From positions 23,717 through 87,716 of the forward strand of contig CAZOJE010000001.1 of NCBI GenBank assembly GCA_964580065.1: 64,000 nucleotides of DNA. The letters are read 5' to 3'. Position 1 is the first letter of the stretch; each line of letters starts with the position of its first letter. Source of the stretch: an uncultured Candidatus Saccharibacteria bacterium. GTDB lineage: Bacteria; Patescibacteriota; UBA1384; DTJR01. Below the pieces are notes generated by a model. The model saw nothing but the letters and a program-made list of their open reading frames with translations. It did not search any database and was not told where the DNA came from. This document shows positions 1 to 6,960 of the stretch, in pieces. The translations under genes were made by a program, and so were the position numbers.

Positions 1-180
1 AATCGCTTTAGAGATCGGGTTTTGTTATAGGAGAGATCATCAAACGAAACTGCGTGCGGTTAATCTTAGCTCGGATTCGGAGCTCCGAATCAGAAAAAGA
101 GATTAAAGGATTCTCCGATTTTGTTAATCGATCAAATATTTTTAGCACCCGTTTTGGGTGTTTTTTTGTTTGCGTAAATA

Positions 181-2373
181 ATGAAATATAAAATCCACAA
201 AAGATCGATCATTCTCTCGTCGCTGGCAATCGCTCTAATTGCCACTCTTGGCATTTCCTTGCTTTATAAAACCAAGAAAGCTGACGCGGTAGCTATAAAC
301 TTGGCTGGACGAGCCCAAATTTTAAACACAAACGGCTACCTTAACTTCACCGATTACTCTGCCAATGTCACAACTTCCAATATCAGCTGCACTTTCGACG
401 GCTATGGCTGGTCTTCTGATATCGGTTGGGTGGCTTTTGGCACGAGTAATAATCTCGACGGCCCCGTAACCTGTGATTTGACAACCGGCATTCTCTCGGG
501 GAAAGCCAGCATCATAAATGATGGCTCAATCATTGATTTTAACGTCGATCCATATCATAGCAATGTCCGTATCCTTTCTTCCGGTGACTTTACCGGTTAT
601 GCTTGGTCAACGACACTCGGCTGGATCAATTTCACCGGTGTTTCAGCCCCAGGAATGATCATCGGCCCTACTTCAAGCTCAACTTCCTCGCCAACAACCA
701 CTGATACGATTTTCACCGAGCCGGCTCCAGTTGATACAACTTCAAGCCCAACACCTGCTTCAAGTCTAACTTCCTCATCAGCGACTAGCACAATTTTCAC
801 CGATCCGGCTCCTGTTGCCATGACTAAAAAAGAAATAATTGAGTTGCCTGACTTCAAATTTTATTTTGTTTTAGAAAATGGAAATCTTGAGGTCAAAATA
901 AATGGCGAAAAAGATTTTGAGCTGGTAAAAAACTCCGAGCTTTTAATTGGGATTCCAGCTGATATTTTTGCCAAGGAAGTCAATGCTATCACCATCACTA
1001 CTGCCGATTCTTCTTATCCGATGAATTTTTTGGCTGACAAAAACAAATATCAGGCAGTCATTTCCGTACCCCAAAAAGGCGAATGCGAACTGCGTATCCT
1101 AATAGCTTACAAAGACGACACAATTCAGGAAATTAAAAAAACTATCCTCGTCGACCCTCAAGGTTATATTTTTACTAAAAGCTCTTCTTATTTCGGTTTA
1201 GGCAGAAAGCAAGAAATGAGAATTGAAGGCGCGGAAGTTACTCTTTATAAGCTTGAAAACGGTGAGTTCCAAAAATGGGATGCCAAGGAATTTAAGCAAA
1301 ATAATCCGGTTATTTCCGACCAGTCGGGGGAATACTCATTTTTTGTGCCCAACGGTGAATACTATTTAGAGGTCAAAAAAAGTGGCTACCGAGACAAGAA
1401 AAGCGATAATTTTAAAGTGGAAAATCAGGTTCTCAACAAAAATATTGAGCTTGAACCCAATATCAAGCCCTGGATTTGGGCAGTGATTATGGCTGTTTTA
1501 GCCGGAATTGTTTTGGTTTTTTTATTGATGAGAAAAAAATTTATATTGAAAATTAAAAAAGGAGTTCGTATGAAAAAACTAATTACTATCCTTGTCAGTG
1601 CAATAGTTTTAGCAACCGGAGTTTTGGTTGGCTCCAGTTATGTCTTGGCTGAACAGTCGGGTTCTTCACCCGAGTCTGGTGTTACAAGTTATTTCAAAGC
1701 CACTTACGACTCGATTGTGGCGCTTTCACACGGTTCGGTTGCAGCCGGCGCTTGGGGCGACTGGGGTGCTTACTGGAACCGAATCAGATCGGCCGCTGAA
1801 TGGGTGCCGTCTGGCGATGCAGCCGTCACCGACGTTGTGTCGGGCAAAACTTTTTACAAAGATTCCCGAACCAAAGCCACTGGAACCAAACTAGTGGTCG
1901 GCCCTTGCCCAACACAGGCCTATCACGACTCGCATGCTTTAGCTACTGCTCAAAATAACTGCTCTCAAACATGGGAAAGCGAAACAAGTGTTACCGGTTC
2001 AGAAAAAAAAGATCCTGTCACCGGTTTAATCTGGAGTAACTTGCTGGTAAATAACGCCGGCACTGTGGCTTTCAGCCCAAGCACTAACTCCACTTGGAGC
2101 TGGGACGCTTCGGCTGCTGCTAACGTGGCGGTTGGCAATAAAACAGCTTCACAGCTTTGTAGCGAACGCGGAGATGGTTGGCGCTTACCAATGCAGAAGG
2201 AGTTAATGCAGGCCTACATTGATGGTTCGACATGGAATCTGACTCAGTCTGCCAACTTCTTTTGGTCAGCTACGGAGACATATAGCACGCTCGCTTGGTA
2301 CGTGACCTTGAATACTGGCCTCACGCTCAGCACCGATAAGACGACTGTGTATCAGTTACGTTGTGTCAGGTAA
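181..2373 (+). CDS. Surface/membrane protein: GY(G/A)WS..(I/L)GW repeats, S/T/P linker, carboxypeptidase-regulatory-like domain, TM, C-terminal DUF1566/C-type lectin domain (likely DGR target)
   Basis: Repeats GYGWSSDIGWV and GYAWSTTLGWINF; WRLP..KEL and FWSATE...AWYV.L..G......K.....RCVR at the C-terminus; internal GGAG+ATG (1570) precedes a second signal-like segment. Confidence 0.8.
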   Translation: MKYKIHKRSIILSSLAIALIATLGISLLYKTKKADAVAINLAGRAQILNTNGYLNFTDYSANVTTSNISCTFDGYGWSSDIGWVAFGTSNNLDGPVTCDLTTGILSGKASIINDGSIIDFNVDPYHSNVRILSSGDFTGYAWSTTLGWINFTGVSAPGMIIGPTSSSTSSPTTTDTIFTEPAPVDTTSSPTPASSLTSSSATSTIFTDPAPVAMTKKEIIELPDFKFYFVLENGNLEVKINGEKDFELVKNSELLIGIPADIFAKEVNAITITTADSSYPMNFLADKNKYQAVISVPQKGECELRILIAYKDDTIQEIKKTILVDPQGYIFTKSSSYFGLGRKQEMRIEGAEVTLYKLENGEFQKWDAKEFKQNNPVISDQSGEYSFFVPNGEYYLEVKKSGYRDKKSDNFKVENQVLNKNIELEPNIKPWIWAVIMAVLAGIVLVFLLMRKKFILKIKKGVRMKKLITILVSAIVLATGVLVGSSYVLAEQSGSSPESGVTSYFKATYDSIVALSHGSVAAGAWGDWGAYWNRIRSAAEWVPSGDAAVTDVVSGKTFYKDSRTKATGTKLVVGPCPTQAYHDSHALATAQNNCSQTWESETSVTGSEKKDPVTGLIWSNLLVNNAGTVAFSPSTNSTWSWDASAAANVAVGNKTASQLCSERGDGWRLPMQKELMQAYIDGSTWNLTQSANFFWSATETYSTLAWYVTLNTGLTLSTDKTTVYQLRCVR

Positions 2374-2419
2374 CTCCGTGAGGTAAACCCCATTTAATGG
2401 GGATGCCTTTCTTTGGCTG

Positions 2420-2470
2420 AAATGATGCCATACTGAACTTATTTCAGCATCTCACAACACTTCAGTATCT
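2420..2470. repeat. REP-like palindromic repeat upstream of GIY-YIG gene
   Basis: gccatactgaacttatttcagcatct resembles gtcatggcgaacttgtttcagcatct at ~2841-2866. Confidence 0.55.
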
Positions 2471-2478
2471 AAAAAATT

Positions 2479-2796
2479 ATGATAATGAAAACATATTTCA
2501 TTTACATTTTGACCAATCAGACCAACACCACTTTATACATTGGTGTGACCAATAATTTGCAGCGGAGGATGTACGAGCATAAGAATGAACTGATAGATGG
2601 TTTTAGTAAGAGATATAAACTCAAAAAACTTGTATATTCCGAGCAGTGCGAAGATGTGCTGAGTGCAATTTCGAGGGAAAAGCAGTTAAAAAACTGGCAT
2701 AGGGACTAGAAGCTGAATTTAATCAAAAGCATTAATCCTACATTTAGAGATTTATCAAAAGATTGGGAACGAGATCCCGAAACGAGTTCGAAATGA
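2479..2796 (+). pseudogene. GIY-YIG nuclease with in-frame TAG at 2707-2709
   Basis: YFIYILTN...LYIGVTNNLQRRMYEHK...AISREKQLKNWHRD*KLNLIKSINPTFRDLS; the frame continues past a stop located where W is conserved. Confidence 0.8.
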
Positions 2797-2866
2797 CAGA
2801 TTGCACTTCAGTTCGGGATGACACAGCCGGTTGTCATTTTGTCATGGCGAACTTGTTTCAGCATCT
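2771..2866. repeat. REP-like repeats downstream of GIY-YIG gene
   Basis: gagatcccgaaacgagttcgaaatgac, cagttcgggatgac, and inverted gtcatggcgaacttgtttcagcatct. Confidence 0.6.
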
Positions 2867-2933
2867 AATCAACACAGACCTACAAACCTGGTGGATTGAT
2901 CGCTTTTATTGTTCGAAAATCGAAGATACGTGA

Positions 2934-3155
2934 AGTTTTGCCGCCGATGTGCTCGAACTTCTCGTCTTCGGGACGACATACCCCGAAAAGCAGTTCAAGT
3001 GCTCCATCCTCGCCCTCGGTCAGGATGTGCTGGACTCGCGCAGCCTCGTCTACGTCACCTGCCTCGCCGGCTGCCGTAGCCGGCGTGAGTTGGGCCTCGT
3101 TCCGCGCGGCGTTCGCTGGGTTCAGGACTGCCGCGTTCTCGCCTTTCGCAAGTAG
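2934..3155 (+). pseudogene. 5'-truncated CPR-type C-lectin-like (DGR variable protein family) C-terminal fragment
   Basis: LELLVFGTTYPEKQFKCSILALG...YVTCL.....RELGL......W..DCRVLAFRK; GC-rich, A-poor NNC/NNT codons; in-frame stop at 2931-2933. Confidence 0.6.
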
Positions 3156-3581
3156 TCGTCCCTTTGGCCTAGAGAAAGCCATCGGGCGAGGAGCCGTCCG
3201 GCCCCCACGCATGACGTTATATGCGCGGGGGCTTTTGTTTTTAAGAGGCAAGGTTTTACAAAATCTAACAATTATTTTATAATTTGTTTGTAAGCAAAAT
3301 TGTTTGCTTGCGTTTTTTTTGTGACTTTTTTTAGGAGGGGATATTAATCAGGAACGAATTAGCGAATTAGAAAAATCGATTGAAAGCGTACAAAAATCAA
3401 CACGAACATTTTTTAGTTTTATGAATAAGCCGCACAACTGGTTGCGGATGAAATCAAAGCACTATTCTATCTTTCTATCTGTTATTTTTTGATTTTTTTG
3501 CTATGATAAAAAGGTCTAATTTAGCTGCTAAAAAAGCAGCCGTTATTTGATAGAAAACTTAGTTCACAATGGTTTTGATAG

Positions 3582-3656
3582 GCGGGTATCGTATAATGGT
3601 TATTATGTCAGCCTTCCAAGCTGAAGATGGCGGTCCGATTCCGCTTACCCGCTCCA
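3582..3656 (+). tRNA. tRNA-Gly(TCC)
   Basis: Cloverleaf; anticodon arm tcagc-ctTCCaa-gctga; encoded CCA; T-loop reads TCCGATT. Confidence 0.92.
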
Positions 3657-3660
3657 AAAA

Positions 3661-3810
3661 TAGTAGGTTAGTAGGTTAGTTGTTAGCGGGTAGGGAAGAA
3701 GAAAACAGAAAGAATAGTAAGTTAGTAGGCTAGTAGTTAGTGGGTAGTGGTTAGGGAAAAAGAGAACAGAAAGGATAGTAAGTTAGAAGGTTGGCGGGTA
3801 GTTGTTGGGG
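3661..3810. repeat. Degenerate 7-8-nt tandem repeats (tagtaggt/tagttag) within three ~55-60-nt units
   Basis: Visible directly; inverted counterpart at 4194-4229. Confidence 0.75.
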
Positions 3811-3846
3811 CAAGCTAGCCAAAAGACTGTTTTGCGTCTAGGTAAA

Positions 3847-4194
3847 ATGTTCAATTTTGAGAAATTAACCGTATACCAACGATCGCTTATACTAGCAACG
3901 AATTTGTCGAGAGTTGCTGGTGGCTTTCCATTGAAATATCGACGCATACAAGATCAGTTGATAGGTGCCGCCATTTCGGTAACTCTCAATATAGCCGAAG
4001 GATCTGGAAGGTATGGCAAAAGAGAAAAAATACAATTCTATCGAACGGCGCAAGCATCTGCTTTTGAGATAATTCCAATTTTGGAGATATGTGATAATCT
4101 TAATTTGCTCAAGAAAAATGAGTGGGCAGGTGAGGTTGAGGAAATTTGCAAAATGTTAAGTTCATTAATAAAAAAATTGAGTACATCCGAGTAG
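3847..4194 (+). CDS. Four-helix-bundle protein (23S rRNA IVP/S23-like)
   Basis: FEKLTVYQ..., DQL..AAISVTLNIAEGSGR, F..TA..S..E motifs; ATG at 3847. Confidence 0.88.
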   Translation: MFNFEKLTVYQRSLILATNLSRVAGGFPLKYRRIQDQLIGAAISVTLNIAEGSGRYGKREKIQFYRTAQASAFEIIPILEICDNLNLLKKNEWAGEVEEICKMLSSLIKKLSTSE

Positions 4195-4229
4195 CCCTAA
4201 CCACTAACCTACTAACTACTAACAACTAT
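4194..4229. repeat. Inverted copy of upstream 7-8-mer repeats
   Basis: ccctaaccactaacctactaactactaacaactat is the reverse complement of the 3661-3760 motif type. Confidence 0.7.
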
Positions 4230-4234
4230 TTCAT

Positions 4235-4311
4235 GCGCCCGTAGCTCAGCTGGATAGAGCGGCTGCCTTCTAAGCAGCAGGTCACAGGTTCGAATCCTGT
4301 CGGGCGTACCA
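4235..4311 (+). tRNA. tRNA-Arg(TCT)
   Basis: Anticodon arm gctgc-ctTCTaa-gcagc; GGTTCGAATCC; CCA. Confidence 0.95.
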
Positions 4312-4359
4312 GAATTTTCAATTCACCCGTAAGGGTGTGTTGAAAATTGTTTGGGAGCT

Positions 4360-4447
4360 ACAGGATTCGAATGCCGGACTGAATCGCCGATTAGGCGATG
4401 AGGGAGGCGGGGGTTTCGAGGGTGGAACTCGAAACTGCGGCGCACTC
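4360..4447. repeat. tRNA-associated repeat element, copy 1
   Basis: Inverted T-arm copy acaggattcgaa (4360-4371); 4400-4447 identical over 48 nt to 35830-35877. Confidence 0.85.
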
Positions 4448-4525
4448 CTTAAAATGACTCCAAACGAGGAGTGGAAAGCAATGAAGTGCTTGAAGTGTCT
4501 GTCGACGAGTTGTTAGAATAAATTT

Positions 4526-5038
4526 ATGAAACAAAAAGTTATTTTATACATGGCAATAAGTTTGAACGGAATTATTGCCAAGAGCGATGATGACACAAGC
4601 TGGATTTCAAACGAAGAATGGGATAGCTATAGTTTAGCCGTGCGAACTGCTGGAAATCTCATTGTCGGTCATCGCACATACAACATACTTACTAAACAGC
4701 CGGAATTTTCAGAATTTAAAGATGTAAAACTTGTCGTCGTCGCTTATGATGATTTTCAAACTTTAGCAGAAAATCATTTAGTCGCTCATTCGCCCAAAGA
4801 AGCGTTGAAACTTTTGAGCGATTTTGAGCAGGTGGTCGTTGCGGGCGGCGGAACTCTTAACGCTTCTTTCGTTGAAGAAAATTTGATTGACGAAATTTTT
4901 ATTGATATTGAACCGATAGTTTTAGGTCAAGGCATCCCACTTTTCAAAGATAAAAACTTTGAGCGTAACCTAAAATTGCTCGGGCAAAGACAAATAAGCG
5001 ATAATGAAATACAACTTCATTATGAGGTTTTGAAATAA
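4526..5038 (+). CDS. Dihydrofolate reductase / RibD C-terminal domain protein
   Basis: KVILYMAISLNGIIA, VGHRTY, VAGGGTLN, IDEI...IEPIVLGQGIPLF. Confidence 0.88.
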   Translation: MKQKVILYMAISLNGIIAKSDDDTSWISNEEWDSYSLAVRTAGNLIVGHRTYNILTKQPEFSEFKDVKLVVVAYDDFQTLAENHLVAHSPKEALKLLSDFEQVVVAGGGTLNASFVEENLIDEIFIDIEPIVLGQGIPLFKDKNFERNLKLLGQRQISDNEIQLHYEVLK

Positions 5039-5149
5039 TATTGCAGCAATTCATAAAAAAGTTTGGCCAGAAATTTTATAAAAATTAACAAAACATAAAA
5101 TCAGCCCTATGGGTTGATTTTTTTATCATAATACGCTATAATTATTAGC

Positions 5150-5399
5150 TGTGTTGAAAGCGACATTAAATATGTTGTGTGAGAACATTGAAAATGAGTA
5201 GTTAGAAGCAGCTTAGTAAGCTATCCATTTATGATATTTTACTAAGCTGCTTCTGGCACTTTAGTGTCGAAGCGGCGGCCGTCTCGCTAGAGCGAGCGGC
5301 AGTGTCTTCCCGAGATTTCGGGTTGCACAGGCACTACCTCAAAAGGAATCGGGGGTCCCAACCGATTCGCCACTTTAACAAAAGTGGAATCACCAGGAG
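5150..5399 (+). ncRNA. Candidate structured 5' leader/ncRNA
   Basis: Promoter ttgatt(5114)-N17-tataat(5137); 16-bp perfect stem agaagcagcttagtaa/ttactaagctgcttct and several further hairpins before an AGGAG RBS. Confidence 0.4.
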
Positions 5400-5834
5400 G
5401 TGAGTGGGATGTCTGGTTTCTACGAAAGCCGTAGAAGTGAATACCTCCAGGGCGCCAACCGGCGGCTGGAGGGGGAGTATGGCTTGTCGTTTTTTTTAGT
5501 CGAGGATCGCGTCCGGTGTCGCAAAGGCGCGACCTTCAACTTGAAGCTGAAGTTCAATGACGTGCCGCAGGTTGTCGAATTCGACATCCTGCTGGCACAG
5601 CCGCGGAAGCGGCTCCGCCGAGCGGTTGCCGCCGTCGAGCAGCACGGCCTTTTGGGCGTGCTGCTCGACCCAGAGACTTATCTCTGGGAGTCGATCCGCG
5701 ACGGAATTGTTTTTGGCCTGGAGCCGGCTCAATGGCTTCTTGAGCCGGTGCTTTCACGCGTCGCGCCCGAAGTTTGGGCGCAGGCGGTAGAGGGGGTCCG
5801 AGCTGACGCAAAAGAGCTCGGACGGGCGTGCTGA
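5400..5834 (+). CDS. Hypothetical GC-rich protein
   Basis: 144-aa ORF, RBS, downstream hairpin acgggacaggtcg-at-gcgacctgtcccgt-ttgctttt. Confidence 0.6.
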   Translation: MSGMSGFYESRRSEYLQGANRRLEGEYGLSFFLVEDRVRCRKGATFNLKLKFNDVPQVVEFDILLAQPRKRLRRAVAAVEQHGLLGVLLDPETYLWESIRDGIVFGLEPAQWLLEPVLSRVAPEVWAQAVEGVRADAKELGRAC

Positions 5835-5911
5835 TGAGCGGGGGCACCGGGTAACACTTACGGGACAGGTCGATGCGACCTGTCCCGTTTGCTTTTGCCA
5901 AAATTCTCACC

Positions 5912-6338
5912 TCAATTATTTCCCAATTTAGAAAGATATTGTTCCATTAGGTTTGCATCATTAATGTCTTTCTGGCGGCCTTCGCCATCTGCAATCCAGC
6001 GGCGTTTTACTTCAAGCAAAAACTTTATTGAATTATAACGGATACCGTCTATTATTGTTGAATGATTGAGCAAATCAGCAAATTCCCAAATTTTTCCAGC
6101 AACTATCCACTTTGTTCTGATTTCCAAAAAACCATCGGCTAAAACCTCGCACCCGTGATTTTGCTCTTTTGTAAAACGACCGCTGTCGAGAAGCTCTTAG
6201 TATTTTTCTTTTGTGACGATAACGTCAATGTCTCCGCTTTCGCGAAGATTGAGTGCATTTAAAATACCCGAGCCGATAACGACAGCATTGTCAGGGTCTA
6301 AGCCGAGGTTGTCAAGTTCAATCTTGATATTTTTTCAT
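5912..6338 (-). pseudogene. Frameshifted nucleotidyltransferase-like hypothetical gene
   Basis: Minus-strand segment VVIGSGILNALNLRESGDIDVIVT in a different frame from the C-terminal ORF 5912-6127. Confidence 0.5.
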
Positions 6339-6387
6339 TCGCCATATAAAAGCTATTTAAGAACTTTTTGCCGGTGATGCAAAATGT

Positions 6388-6960
6388 TTATTTTATTTTT
6401 AATCCGTCGAGAAAAATTGTACTTACAGTTGCGATAATTTTTGTTTTTGGGGTTTTAGGGCTAAAGATAATCCAGCGCAAACCGGTGGCAAAAACAAATG
6501 AAAAGAAAACGGTGGTTGTGATTTTAGGATCAATATTTTGTTTAAACTCTTTTTGCTTGATTCCTTCTTTAATTATCTGCGAAATGATTTTGGTATATTT
6601 ACCGTGAATTTTATCAACGCTTCTTTTCCAATAACTTTCAATACGCCAAAGTTCGGCGAAAATAACGCGGCAAATATCCCTATATTCCACTAAATAATCT
6701 AACTCAATCTCGATTATTTTTTCCATTTTTTCAGACGCATTTTGAAGATTTTTAGTGCCATCTTGGATTAACAAGAAAATATCGTCAATTCCTTGATCTA
6801 TGAGGGCAAAGAGTAGCTCTTTCTTACTTTTAAAATGATAATAAAAAGTTCCTTTTGCTGTTTTAGCTTCTAAAACTATTTCATCAACAGACGCGTTGTC
6901 AAAACCCTTTTGAGCGAATATTTTTGCCGCGGCTTTAAATATCCTATCTTTTGTTTCCAT
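6388..6960 (-). CDS. TetR/AcrR-family regulator
   Basis: KDRIFKAAAKIFAQKGF..ASVDEI...AKTAKGTFYYHFKSKKEL HTH. Confidence 0.93.
   Translation of the reverse strand: METKDRIFKAAAKIFAQKGFDNASVDEIVLEAKTAKGTFYYHFKSKKELLFALIDQGIDDIFLLIQDGTKNLQNASEKMEKIIEIELDYLVEYRDICRVIFAELWRIESYWKRSVDKIHGKYTKIISQIIKEGIKQKEFKQNIDPKITTTVFFSFVFATGLRWIIFSPKTPKTKIIATVSTIFLDGLKIK

Noticed and set aside
680-820. TIFT(E/D)PAPV duplication in ORF1
   Set aside because: Ordinary linker duplication.
2707-2709. Stop-codon recoding
   Set aside because: Isolated TGG>TAG; conserved genes elsewhere are intact under the standard code.
2934-3155. Template repeat for ORF1
   Set aside because: A-poor and not alignable to the ORF1 3' end.
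2880-3282. ORFs 2880-3251(-) and 2896-3282(+)
   Set aside because: Alternative frames of a GC-rich fragment; the frame ending at 3155 carries the recognisable motif.
3661-3810. CRISPR array
   Set aside because: Degenerate short repeats without unique spacers; no cas genes in the window.
3847-4194. Four-helix bundle as DGR Avd
   Set aside because: NIAEG motif fits the IVP/S23-like family; no RT or TR adjacent.
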